DNA from: Chlamydiales bacterium
GTDB taxonomy: Bacteria > Chlamydiota > Chlamydiia > Chlamydiales > JAAZZY01
Assembly (NCBI GenBank): GCA_965206695.1
Contig: CBDBKM010000011.1
Span: 320,001-384,000 of the forward strand
Direction: 5' to 3'
DNA length: 64,000 nt
Within the stretch, counting starts at the first letter, position 1, and each line of letters begins with the position of its first letter. Below are positions 20,532 to 32,621 of this stretch, one piece after another. Below the pieces are notes generated by a model, which made no database searches, was not told the DNA's origin, and saw nothing but the letters and a program-made list of their open reading frames with translations. A program made the position numbers and the translations under genes.

Positions 20532-22013
20532 CTAAAAGCCGTATGAAAAGCGAAGGCTGGCATAAGATAGTCTCTCAAAATAGAATTGTCCATCAGCTGA
20601 AAAACCTGCATGATATTCACCAAAGATTCTACACTTTCTTCCTGCACCTCTTAACTTACTCCACTCATATCCTAAAACGTAAGTTGCGTTTGTTGCCCAA
20701 TGTCTAGCTTCTTGGTTTTTAAAATTGGTCGCAACAAAAAATTGACCATACAATCTGTTATAATTAACTATTCTATTAAAAAATCTTAGCTCCGTACCAT
20801 ATTCAAAATAAAGAGGCTGAAGATGAAAGTCATTATCATCATGCATAATCCTCCCAAGTCCTACATATAAACGAAGGTTCTCAGTAATTTGCCACGCTGT
20901 AAATAAATCAATAGCTTCATAACTCGGATTAAATCTTGGGAAATCCGGGTGGCTTTCGATAAACTCATCACCTAAATGAGTAGAAATATGATATAATCTA
21001 AATCGAAATGACCATTTATCTAAAGCCCATGAGAGAGGGATGCCTAAGAAATAATCTGTATTAACCAGCTCTGCCCAATGATTGCCTTTCAGTTTATCCA
21101 TTCGAAAAACAGCCCAAGCCCCACCTTCTATCCCAATCTGAACTTCTGCTTTGATTTTGCCTAAATTAACCCAACGATAAATAGGAAACTCATCTCCATA
21201 GGAAACAATCGTTGCTTGATGTCCTTCATATTCACTCCCTTGCTTCCACTGCCATCGATACCCTAAAGAAGCCACTACAGCTCTAGGGTCTGCAATCAAC
21301 GGAGGAAATAAAACCGTATTTTGAGGAAACCAGACACCCTTGATTTTAGGCTTTTTAGGGGCATAACTCTCTTGAATCTCTTGTACTGCTTCAGAGGTTA
21401 CCCGTCCTTTCACTGATTTAACCCCGGGCATTTTTTCAGTCATAGAAATGATGCTTTTAGCAATAGCCCTATTCGCAGGCAAATCACTTAAGTATACTCG
21501 ATGTTCTCTAACAACAACCCGTACCTTCGTCCCATGAAATTGATCATCGATCATAGCTTGGACATACCCTTCAATATAAGCATCACTTGTATCAGGTATC
21601 TCTTTTGCTTTTCCCTCTAAATCATGACTCATAGGAAGATAAGCTAAATGTTCCGAAATTGGTACCGGAGAGGGAAAAACAACAGTAGAGTGAACAGGAG
21701 TTATCAGGGCTAATGGTAGCCCTCTTAAATTAATCTGATTTAATTGAATAACCTCTTCAACTTCCTCCTGAGCCCATTGATAATTAACTATTTCAGGCTC
21801 TACTTTCTCTTCAAGTGCTTCTTTATTAATTTCTTGACATGAAGAGATTAATGCTTGTTTATAAGGTATATTAAGCTCCTTATTAACTTCAGAGCTAATA
21901 ATTTGAAGGTAAGGGATTTGTATATTGGAATAAAGAAAAGAAAAACTCCAGAAAAGACCATATGATAAGAAGATAAAGCACCTTCGAATCCTTTCGATTA
22001 GATAGTTCATCAT
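20532..22013 (-). CDS. Chlamydial DUF1207-like protein (putative outer-membrane beta-barrel)
   Basis: G.WFPQNTVLF.PLIADPR, LVN.DY, FRLYHIS.HLGDEF and a C-terminal YGF. Confidence 0.7.
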   Translation of the reverse strand: MMNYLIERIRRCFIFLSYGLFWSFSFLYSNIQIPYLQIISSEVNKELNIPYKQALISSCQEINKEALEEKVEPEIVNYQWAQEEVEEVIQLNQINLRGLPLALITPVHSTVVFPSPVPISEHLAYLPMSHDLEGKAKEIPDTSDAYIEGYVQAMIDDQFHGTKVRVVVREHRVYLSDLPANRAIAKSIISMTEKMPGVKSVKGRVTSEAVQEIQESYAPKKPKIKGVWFPQNTVLFPPLIADPRAVVASLGYRWQWKQGSEYEGHQATIVSYGDEFPIYRWVNLGKIKAEVQIGIEGGAWAVFRMDKLKGNHWAELVNTDYFLGIPLSWALDKWSFRFRLYHISTHLGDEFIESHPDFPRFNPSYEAIDLFTAWQITENLRLYVGLGRIMHDDNDFHLQPLYFEYGTELRFFNRIVNYNRLYGQFFVATNFKNQEARHWATNATYVLGYEWSKLRGAGRKCRIFGEYHAGFSADGQFYFERLSYASLRFSYGF

Positions 22014-22193
22014 TATATTACCAGAGCCTTATCTGGGTTTTTTGCTCTAAACATTTACTTCTAGATCTAAAATCGTCAAAAAACAAGGGAAATCTAATAA
22101 AATAAAAAAAATTTTCTAATTCGCTGAAGGGGCATGTTGCGATCCGGCTAAATTTCCCGGGATACTTTCCTGTGTATCAGTGCTGTTTTAATC

Positions 22194-22271
22194 ACTCACC
22201 TTACGCACGCCTTCTACTAAGCAGGATACAGAATCAATCCCCCTTTACGAGAGTGCGTGCGTAAGGTGAGT
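22194..22271. mobile_element. 78-bp MITE with IS701-like ends
   Basis: IRs ACTCACCTTACGCACGC / GCGTGCGTAAGGTGAGT, related to the ends of the 50701-52788 element. Confidence 0.75.
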
Positions 22272-24088
22272 TATTTAATGATTGTATTCATAGAGGATTT
22301 CATCAATTATTTGCTTAGAGTATTCTATTTCCGCATGATTGGTGCCGGGCAATTTGGCGTAGGTTATCAAAGCTTTCCAAAGAATCCAAGCTTTGCTACG
22401 GTGCCAAGTCGCTTGATCAAAAGAAAAAGCGGAACAAAAATGTTGACGGCCGGTTCCTTATAAAGAATGTCCAAGCTATAGCTAAATCACAAGCAGGATC
22501 CCCGATACCTAAGCAACCAAAATCTATTACAGCGCTTAGTTTTTCTTTATTTGGTGAGCAGATTTCCAATAGCAATGTCCCCATGAATCCAAACGGGAGG
22601 TTTATCCCAAGTAGAGGATAAGGCTTGTTCCCATATCTCTGTGATAGTATGAGTATCTATAGTCATTTAATTTTACATTGATAAGATTGCTTGATCAATG
22701 GCGAATGTAAAATTCGTAACTTTTCGTAATATCTCTCTAACTTTATTTTTCATATTAGCCCAATATTTTTCTATAGGATTTAAGTCCGGAGAATAGGGAG
22801 GAAGAAACATAAGCTTACAACCGGCAGATTCTAGTGTTTTCCTGCTTTCCGCTGACTTGTGAAAACCGGCATTGTCAAGAATAAGAACACTACCGGGTGT
22901 AAGCTGAGGAGTCAAAACTTCCTTAAGCCAAATATTGAATAACCCGGTATTACAAGTACCTTCAAAACACATTGGAGATAAAAACTGCCCTTTAGATAGG
23001 GCTGAAATAATATTTTGCCTTATAAAGCGGTTTCCTGAAACCGCTCCAAAAACTTTTTTGCCGCGTAAGCTTCTTCCGGACTCACGAAATAAAAATTGAT
23101 GAATCCCGGTTTCATCGAGATAAATTCTCTTGTCAAAGGGAATATTTTTTAAATCTTTCATAAAAGCTTCCCGTTTCTTTTCATCTCTTTCCTTATAGCG
23201 AGTAGTTTTTTTTTTCGTGTAATTTTTAATCTTTTAAGGGCATAAAAAATCGTTTGCGGAGTGACTGAAAAATAATCAGCAATTTCCGATAAAAAATAAT
23301 CCGGATGTTTTTCTACATATTTAGATAACAACTCATCATCTAATTTCTTATAAGCATATTTTCTGCGGATTGGCTTTAAATGTCCTTTTTGCTTTTTTTG
23401 CAAGATCCATCGATATATTGTTGCGATACCTACTTGAAAAATATGGCCGGCTGTTTTTTTATCATGATGTTTTTCTATATGTTGTCATACTTTCTCTCGA
23501 AGATCTACTGAATAGGCTCTAGGCATTGTTTTGTCCTTACTGTTTGTATAAAAAAAGAAGGATAACATATTATCAAATAAAAATTAAAATACTATATCAT
23601 ATTACTAAGTATTTTTATAGCTTCTCGCACTTCAGCGTTATAGGTTTTCAAAGAGCCTCCACGAAAAAAATTGTGTTTTCCCGAGTTAAGGCCTCCTGTA
23701 GTATCTATCTCCTGTAAAGTAAGTAAAAAATTAGCTAAGTTTTTAACAAATTGAAATAAATTAGTAATAGATGCTTTTGATGCGGGTTGACCTTCAATCC
23801 ATTCATAGATAGACCAATACCAAAGGTATTCTTCAGAAGGCTTGCCCATTGCTACCGGAGAGGGGATTGGTAGTGGCAAAAAAGGAGCTAATTTTGGTAG
23901 CCGGTACTGTTCCTTTTCCACTTGAGCAGTATATTCCAAAGCACCGGGGAGCCTAATAAGCATTTTGTTTCCGAGATGAAAAGTTTTATTATCTCACCCA
24001 CCATATTTTACCACTTTAATTGTTAATCCTGAATATTGGGGAAATTGTGAGAGAATCAATTCTTGTACCAAGGGGATGTCGATATTCA
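22272..24088 (-). pseudogene. Aminoglycoside phosphotransferase-family gene with a nonsense codon, interrupted by IS630
   Basis: GG*DNKTFHLG..MLIRLP, W.WSIY.WIEG, and after the IS WIHGDIAIGNLL...AVIDFG.LGIGDPACDL. Confidence 0.85.
22658..23596 (-). mobile_element. IS630-family two-ORF element, copy 1 (orfA has a nonsense codon)
   Basis: TATAGT..TTAATTTT IRs and an A10 slippery run. TGA replaces the TTA seen in the 31445-32383 copy. Confidence 0.92.
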
Positions 24089-24114
24089 TTTTGGAGATGG
24101 TTAGGAGCTTAAGT

Positions 24115-25881
24115 CCGACATTCCTAGACCTCTAAACAAGTTTTTCTAATTAAGCCATACATCCTCATTGCAGTCTTTCCAAACAAAACAATAATCTTTT
24201 TCCGAAGACGGGTTAAATTTGTGATCATTTCTTTACAAATTCTCCGGGAAGTCTTCTGAAAAAAACGGATTATTCCGATACCTTCCATAATTTGGAAAAT
24301 CCATCTTAATGTTGGATTTTTGACTTCCTTTCCTAATTGGTTGGGTAATGTCTCTTCTGTTTCTATCAATTTTTGTCGAAGTTGATATTGTCCGATATTA
24401 TAAACCATTAAACACAATGTCATAACCATCATTAATGCTTCAATGCGTCGAGGGGTTTTTAAAAAAATAGAATCAACCATAAACCAAGGATCTTTTAAAA
24501 AGCGAAACCCTCCTTCAACCTTTTGCTGTTCTTTATATTCTTCTAACATCATCTCATCTTTATAATTTTCTCTATCGGTGTCATTCGCAGCTAAAATAAA
24601 CCGTCCTTTTCTATTCATCAGTTTATTAATTTCTTCTTCTTCCCTTTCAAAGCTAGCATGAATCTTGTATCCAACAACTTGTTTTTCCTCTCCTTGTTTA
24701 GGTTTGCCTAATTTACCATATTTTAGAATCGGCAATATCTCACTATTCATGGAATATAAATGATTTTTTTTAGTCAATCTGCCCCAAGCTTTTTTAGCAT
24801 CACTTTCGCATTTAAATTCCTCATTACCCAAATGCCAAAGTTGTTTCTTGAGCTTTTCTTCTGCCTTGGTCAATTTTTTTTCTAATGATTTTATCTCTCT
24901 CTGATAGGCTTGCTCTGAAAAAACCAAAAGCCATCTTTGTTTAATCCCTCCATAAAAAGAGGTGAAGCTGCATGTTTTATATCCTTTCTCCTGATCAATC
25001 CAATCAATTTCTTCTTCCGGTTTTTCTACTAATCTTTTTGCTTCTCCTATTATCTCGGGAACTCGGGTGAGCCATTTATAATCATTATTTTTTAAGAGCT
25101 TTTCTTTTGTGTATAACGCTGAATCGGCAACCCACTTAAACTTTGTTTTTACATCAATCTGTTGTTGAAATTCACTGATTTTTTTGATCGTCTCATGAAA
25201 ACTTGCTTTATCAGAACTATTGCCGTCTAAGGCTTCCATCCATAGAGGCATAGAACTCGGACCATTGGTAACGAGAGAAAGTACAACTTGTTTCAAATCA
25301 GGTCTATGATCTTTAGAATAACCCTGCTTAATCTCAATCACTTGCGGATCATCTTTCACTTCATACGACCCATGAACGGAAAAGCTTGTTGTATCTAGAT
25401 GATGCGTTTTTTGTAGTAAATCATGGTCTAGGGCTATTCCAAAAGAAACTTCAGCAAATAATTTACTGCTCCCATATTTCGCAATATCATCCAAAGCATG
25501 ACCTAAAGTATAATCTGTGAGATCTTCTGCTCGAAGATTGTTGCCAAGTAAATTCTCTATCGATTTAGAAGCAAAAAATTGATGTGTTAGGTAGAGACGT
25601 CTATTAGTAAACCCTAATCCATTCAGAATCATTGCAATTACTGCCTGTCCCGCACTTACTTTTCTTTGTGGATGATTTTTTAATCCGGTATCAATCCTTT
25701 CCGCTACCTTTAGATCGCTGCAAAGTGCTGCAATTAATCCATGGTGATCCATGTTCACTGTTTGAATATTATCTCCTGCAACTTCCGGCATAACTTTTCT
25801 CCTTGTATCAAATAAAAAGTAACAGGATAGGCAATCTATAATTCTAATTCAAAAAAATATCTTACGGTCTAGGAATGTCGG
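24115..25881 (-). mobile_element. IS1634-family element with intact transposase (24124-25791)
   Basis: IRs CCGACATTCCTAGACC, TTAAGT duplication, and HLDTTS, GYSKDHRPDLKQ, VADSALY, VEGGFRFLK motifs. Confidence 0.93.
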
Positions 25882-25884
25882 TTA

Positions 25885-28415
25885 AGTTATCTAAATTATT
25901 ATATTTTTCTTTTATTAGTCGGTAACATAAAAATACTGAACCTTCGAGGTTACGCTTATCTTCTTTTTCAAAGCCTAATGAAGTTAAGCCTTTGAGATTT
26001 TTTCGACCAGGAGGACGTAATGCAATAATGGAGTTTAAATTCAAGATATCAAATGCATAGCGTATGATGTGTTCATAAATCGTTTTACCTACACCCCGGT
26101 ATTTATACTCATCACGAATAAACCTCCGGATATTTTGTATTCGTATAGTGTAAATTATTTTGTATGAATTCATTTTTAACACTATCAGAAGAAAAGCATC
26201 TCAGACAGCAACATAAACGAGAAAAGAATGGTCGTATACGAGATCGTATCAAGGCTGTTCTATTGTCGAATAAAGGTTGGAGTAATACTCGTATTGCTGA
26301 AGCTGTGCTTTTAGACGATGAAACACTGTCTCGTCACATTAAAGAATATCAAAATAAACAGCAATTGCATGTAGAAAGCGGTGGTTCAGTCAGTAAACTT
26401 CTTGCGCCACAGTCAGAAGAATTCATTAAACATTTAACAACTCATACCTATGTCAAAGTAGAAGATATCTGTTCTTATGTTCTCGCGAAATATGGCATTG
26501 TTTATACGATTTCAGGGATGACTTCTTGGCTACACTCACATGGTTTTTCCTATAAAAAGCCTAAAGGTACACCGGCTAAGGCAAATTCTGATCAACAAAA
26601 AGCTTGGATGCAATTTTACACCAAGCTTATGGCATCTCTGCCTAAAAATGAGCCTGTTGAATTTGCTGATGGTGTGCATCCAACTATGGCAACTAAAATT
26701 TCTTATGGTTGGATTCGACCGGGAACAAGTAAATTAATCGCAACAACAGCTTCTAGAACTCGAATGAATCTTATGGGGTCTATCAATTTAAACAGTATGA
26801 AGGTAACAATAGATGCTTATGAAACATTAAATAGCGGTACCATGGCAAAACATTTTGCTTTATTACGGTCAAAATATCCCTCAGCTCCAAATATCCATCT
26901 TATTTTAGATCAAGGTCCTTATAATACAAGTATTCAGACCAAACAAGAAGCAGAAAAACAAGGTATTATTCTCTATTATTTACCTTCTTACAGTCCTAAC
27001 CTCAATCCTATTGAACGATTATGGAAAGTGATGAATGAATATTGTCGCAATAATCGGTTTTTTAATTCTGCTAAAGAATTTCGGAGATCGATTACCGGAT
27101 TTTTTGAAAATACTTGGCCCTCTATTGCTCAATCAATGAGGACACGAATCAATGATCATTTTCAAGTCTTAGAATCGGCACTTTGATTCATAAGGGGTAT
27201 AGGAGATAAAACCAAGGCTATTTCAATCTCATCGTTTATTGCTTGGAGGCCACCCCAACCTATAAATTGCTTATTTAGTAGAAAGGCCCATGCCCCATAA
27301 CCATATTCATTCCACATTTTTTCTTTGGTATGGATAAATTTATTATAATCAGATTGATTGAAGTTATGTGTAGCTAGCGGCATATGTTTTAATAGCAGTG
27401 AATGATTCATTAGTGAGATAATATCAGATGGTTTGATATCGGAGAGTTGTATAAATTTAATCCGGCATTTTTTCGGATTAATTAAAGGTTTGCCCATAGG
27501 GAAGGTCTGCGAATTTGTCGTAATGTTATCGAACATATGAGGCAGAATACGAATATATCCTTGCTGTAAGTAAAAGAAAGCTTCAGAAACCATAACATAA
27601 AGATTCTTATACCCTTGTTGTTGTAGCCATTTTTCAATCAAGCTTATGAAGTGTTTATCAAAGCCTTGATTCTGTTTATGTGAATCTATGAGCAGCGTAT
27701 GCATGGTGATTTGTGTATCAGAGTCTCTTTGTATATGAGCATAGCCTATAATTTCTACGCCTTGATATAAAACCAAATATGTGTATTGAGGGTCTTGGGA
27801 GATATCCAATAAGGTATGAGATGGATCAAGCCGATTTTTAAGCTTTTTGATAGATTGCCACTCCGAATAATGCGTACATTGTAGCATTCGAATTCGGTTA
27901 AAGTTTGTTTTTTTTATAATGCCTTGGATAAAATCATTTTTGCCCAGATTATATCCTGAGAACGTAGAGTTTATTTTTTTGGAAGCATCAGGATCTTTAA
28001 GAAGCTTTTCTTTTAATAAAGCATATTCATCACGAGCTTCCATATGATGACGTAGGTAGTCTCTAAAAAGAAGATTGAGCTCAATTTCGGGATGATTGTC
28101 TTCATAAACATGAAGATTAATATTGTGTATACCTCGTTTGGTGAATCCATATTTAAAGGGAATATTCCACTCTCCTTTGTAGGTATAACCTACTCTTGTT
28201 AATTGAAGAATAGAGTCAGCAGGGAACTTGACAACAGCGATGATATCAATTTTAGGTTTTCCACTTAACCCTGATACGGAAGTAGAGCCAATATGATGAA
28301 TATTGATAAAGTTTATAGCTAAAGATTTTTTTATCTTGAGAGCTTCTTCTTCGAAGGTTTTTGGCCAATTAGGATCATAGGGGACTACTTCAATCACTTT
28401 GCTATTGTAAGTCAT
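25885..28415 (-). pseudogene. GrpB-domain/GNAT/GNAT fusion protein interrupted by IS630 (and by IS1634 at its 3' end)
   Basis: HIGSTSV.GL..KP.IDI GrpB motif and two GNAT domains. The frame resumes after the IS as LSP|KYRGVGK at ~26105. Confidence 0.8.
26104..27201 (+). mobile_element. IS630-family single-ORF element, copy A (transposase 26164-27186)
   Basis: TATAC(T/C)C.. IRs, TA target, and DGVH / LDQG / YSPNLNPIERLWK motifs. Confidence 0.95.
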
Positions 28416-28860
28416 CCCGGACTCCCATTAATTCTACAGCCTTTTGAGCAAAAGGAGTAAGAATGTTCTGATTGATTACAGATAAATGTTTCCATTGTAC
28501 ATTTTACTTCAGCGATCACATTGGTGATAGCTTTGACAGAAGCTACTCGGTACAAAATGCCGATATGGTGAAATTTGGATATCTTATCTTCGATTGTATA
28601 GGTTCCCTGATGTGTGACGATATGTAATAGCTCACAGTTAGATGCGATCATAGCAGTTTCTTCAAGCATCTCTCTTTTAAGAGCTTGTTCAGGGGATTCT
28701 TCAAATTCAATGGCACCACCCGGCAAGCCCCAAAGATTTTGATAAGGTCCGGATTTTTTTGAGTTAATAATATTAACCTATCTCTAAGCACGATACCATA
28801 AGCACCCAATCTTCTGACATATTTGATAGATTCAGTTAGAAATCGTTGATCCGATGTCAT
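28412..28860 (-). pseudogene. NUDIX hydrolase, frameshifted
   Basis: RLGAYGIV, then the Nudix box PGG.IE..ESPEQALKRE..EET in another frame. Confidence 0.8.
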
Positions 28861-29440
28861 CAAAAAGCCTTTTAGTTTGTACTTCGTCTTCAAAGTATTT
28901 GATGAAAAATATTTTATTGAACTTGGGATTATGGTGATTAATACGCACAAATTCTACTTCAAATCCACATTTTTTGTAAAATTCAGGTGCTTGAAATTCA
29001 CCGGTCACCAAATGCATATTATTATAGCCTTGTCCTTTGAAACGATCTTTAATCTCTTTTAGTAACGCTCTTCTATAGCCTTGCTTCGATATTTAGAGTC
29101 TACCCAACTATCATCTACTTGACTTCCTCCAATGACTAAAACCGATGGATTCCCATCCCTCACGGTTAGGAGATTCCTTTAATCCTCTACCAACCGACTT
29201 TAAATTAAAGTAGGATTACTCTCGTTTTGTAGTAGTATCCCTTTCCAAGACTATGGGTTTTTATGAAACCCTTCCCGTATGCCCTACGGTAATTTTGAAA
29301 AACAAAAGTATTTAAACAACAAAAACCGGTTAGAACACTCTTCTCCCAATGCTAAAGCAAAGGGTTTTCTCGCTTGATTATCATAAATCTCTACAAATGC
29401 TGTGTAAGTTATAAGTACACTTATGAGATCAACAGTATTA
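28832..29440 (-). pseudogene. GNAT acetyltransferase remnant interrupted by a mini IS605 element
   Basis: Fragments LY|VDD.WVDSKYR..GY..ALL and T.EFQAPEFYKKCGF. Confidence 0.7.
29119..29382 (-). mobile_element. 264-bp non-autonomous IS605 derivative (left end, reRNA, right end; no ORF)
   Basis: Left-end hairpin CCCAATGCTAAAGCAAAGGG preceded by TTTAT, ACCGTAGGGCATACGGG hairpin, right end GGAGGAAGTCAA. Removing it rejoins the GNAT frame. Confidence 0.75.
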
Positions 29441-30307
29441 TGTCTTTTCAACTATGAAGTGCAACAAACTTGTACTCTATTATAGCACAAATTCTTCGGA
29501 TTGAAAACCTCTATAGGTGTTTTAAAATTCAAACTTTTTCCGGGTCTTTCATTAAGCAGTTTTTCTATCTCTTTTACATCCTCTTGTGTCACATTATTAA
29601 AGTTTGTTTTCTTAGGCAAATACTGTCTAACTAACCCATTCGTATGTTCATTCAACCCTCTTTCCCGGGAATGATAGGGTTTAGCAAAATAAAACTCTGC
29701 TTTGAGTGTTGAACTTACTTCTTGATGCCGAGAAAACTCTAAACCATTATCTGCTGTTAATGTGTGAACTCTATCCTTAACAGGCTTTAAACAGGTAATT
29801 AAAGCATCGGCAACACCGAGGCCTTGTTTAGACTTTACCTTCATAAGCATCGTATATTTAGAAGCACGCTCAACAATAGAAACAATCACTCCTTGATGAT
29901 TTTTGCCTATTATCGTATCTAATTCAAAATCTCCTATTCTTGTTTTTTCATCGACAATACAAGGTCTTTTATCAATATCGACTCTATTGGGAATACAGCC
30001 TCGGCCTGCTTTATCTGAACCTCGCTTTTTATACTTCTTACCTTTGTGTCTTAAATTTTTATATAAATTGCCCCAATTTCGTTTATCTTTCCAAATATGA
30101 CGATAAATACTTTCGTGGCTGATAAGCAGGCCTTCTTCTTCTTTCAATCGACCGGATATTTGAACAGGACTCCATTGAAGCAGTAATTTACTTTCTATCT
30201 TCATAAGTAGTTCAGGGGTCATTTTCTTTGTTTTACTGCTCGCTTTTGAACGCCTTCTTTTAGTTTTGATTTGTGCTGCAAAATAGATATATCTGCCTTC
30301 ATAGCTA
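29441..30307 (-). mobile_element. IS30-family element, 5' part replaced by IS630 copy B
   Basis: Nearly identical to 33555-34421. Confidence 0.92.
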
Positions 30308-31403
30308 TACCCCTTATGAATCAAAGTGCCGATTCTAAGACTTGAAAATGATCATTGATTCGTTTCCTCATTGATTGAGCAATAGAGGGCCAAGTATTTT
30401 CAAAAAATCCGGTAATCGATCTCCGAAATTCTTTAGCAGAATTAAAAAACCGATTATTGCAACAATATTCATTCATCACTTTCCATAATCGTTCAATGGG
30501 ATTGAGGTTAGGACTGTAAGAAGGTAAATAATAGAGAATAATACCTTGTTTTTCTGCTTCTTGTTTGGTCTGAATACTTGTATTATAAGGGCCTTGATCT
30601 AAAATAAGATGGATATTTGGAGCTGAGGGGTATTTTGACCGTAGCAAAGCAAAATGCTTTGCCATGGTACCGCTATTTAATGTTTCATAAGCATCTATTG
30701 TTACCTTCATACTGTTTAAATTGATAGACACCATAAGATTCATTCGAGTACGAGAAGCTGTTGTTGCAATCAATTTATCTGTTCCCGGTCGAATCCAACC
30801 ATAAGAAATTTTAGTTGCCATAGTTGGATGTACGCCATCAGCAAATTCAACAGGCTCATTTTTAGGCAGAGATGCCATAAGCTTGGTGTAAAATTGCATC
30901 CAAGCTTTTTGTTGATCAGAATTTGCCTTAGCCGGTGTACCTTTAGGCTTTTTATAGGAAAAACCATGTGAGTGTAGCCAAGAAGTCATCCCTGAAATCG
31001 TATAAACAATGCCATATTTCGCGAGAACATAAGAACAGATATCTTCTACTTTGACATAGGTATGAGTTGTTAAATGTTTAATGAATTCTTCTGACTGTGG
31101 CGCAAGAAGTTTACTGACTGAACCACCGCTTTCTACATGCAATTGCTGTTTATTTTGATATTCTTTAATGTGACGAGACAGTGTTTCATCGTCTAAAAGC
31201 ACAGCTTCAGCAATACGAGTATTACTCCAACCTTTATTCGACAATAGAACAGCCTTGATACGATCTCGTATACGACCATTCTTTTCTCGTTTATGTTGCT
31301 GTCTGAGATGCTTTTCTTCTGATAGTGTTAAAAATGAATTCATACAAAATAATTTACACTATACGAATACAAAATATCCGGAGGTTTATTCGTGATGAGT
31401 ATA
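30306..31403 (-). mobile_element. IS630-family single-ORF element, copy B (30321-31343)
   Basis: Near-identical to 26104-27201. Confidence 0.95.
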
Positions 31404-31444
31404 TATTCTCTCATATACTCTAAAGTCATTAATCATGTATCTTC

Positions 31445-32383
31445 TATAGTCATTTAATTTTACATTGATAAGATTGCTTGATCAATGGCGAATTTAAAAT
31501 TCGTAACTTTTCGTAATATCTCTCTAACTTTATTTTTCATATTAGCCCAATATTTTTCTATAGGATTTAAGTCCGGAGAATAGGGAGGAAGAAACATAAG
31601 CTTACAACCGGCAGATTCTACTGTTTTCCTGCTTTCCGCTGACTTGTGAAAACCGGCATTGTCAAGAATAAGAACACTACCGGGTGTAAGCTGAGGAGTC
31701 AAAACTTCCTTAAGCCAAATATTGAATAACCCGGTATTACAAGTACCTTCAAAACACATTGGAGATAAAAACTGCCCTTTAGATAGGGCTGAAATAATAT
31801 TTTGCCTTATAAAGCGGTTTCCTGAAACCGCTCCAAAAACTTTTTTGCCGCGTAAGCTTCTTCCGGACTCACGAAATAAAAATTGATGAATCCCGGTTTC
31901 ATCGAGATAAATTCTCTTGTCAAAGGGAATATTTTTTAAATCTTTCATAAAAGCTTCCCGTTTCTTTTCATCTCTTTCCTTATAGCGAGTAGTTTTTTTT
32001 TTCGTGTAATTTTTAATCTTTTAAGGGCATAAAAAATCGTTTGCGGAGTGACTGAAAAATAATCAGCAATTTCCGATAAAAAATAATCCGGATGTTTTTC
32101 TACATATTTAGATAACAACTCATCATCTAATTTCTTATAAGCATATTTTCTGCGGATTGGCTTTAAATGTCCTTTTTGCTTTTTTTGCAAGATCCATCGA
32201 TATATTGTTGCAATACCTACTTGAAAAATATGGCCGGCTGTTTTTTTATCATGATGTTTTTCTATATGTTGTAATACTTTCTCTCGAAGATCTACTGAAT
32301 AGGCTCTAGGCATTGTTTTGTCCTTACTGTTTGTATAAAAAAAGAAGGATAACATATTATCAAATAAAAATTAAAATACTATA
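31445..32383 (-). mobile_element. IS630-family two-ORF element, copy 2 (orfA ~31945-32313, orfB 31460-31948)
   Basis: Near-identical to 22658-23596, with orfA intact. Confidence 0.93.
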
Positions 32384-32439
32384 GTAAGGAAGAAGCTACC
32401 GCACGTTTATAGTTATTTAATTTTTATTTGATAATATAT

Positions 32440-32560
32440 CAGGGCAAATTTCTGATATCGCAAAGCTAGAATATCTCTAGCCGCTTGCTTGAATAAAGGT
32501 GCTATATCATTCCTTTGTGCATTTATGTAACGGCATTTTTCCCCAACAAAAGAGAAAAAT
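32440..32560 (-). mobile_element. IS701 5' remnant
   Basis: The reverse complement resembles 1835-1960. Confidence 0.65.
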
Positions 32561-32621
32561 AATATACATATAATTTTTGAAGAGTTGCAAATATATTTTA
32601 AATTATTCTATAATACCGGGC

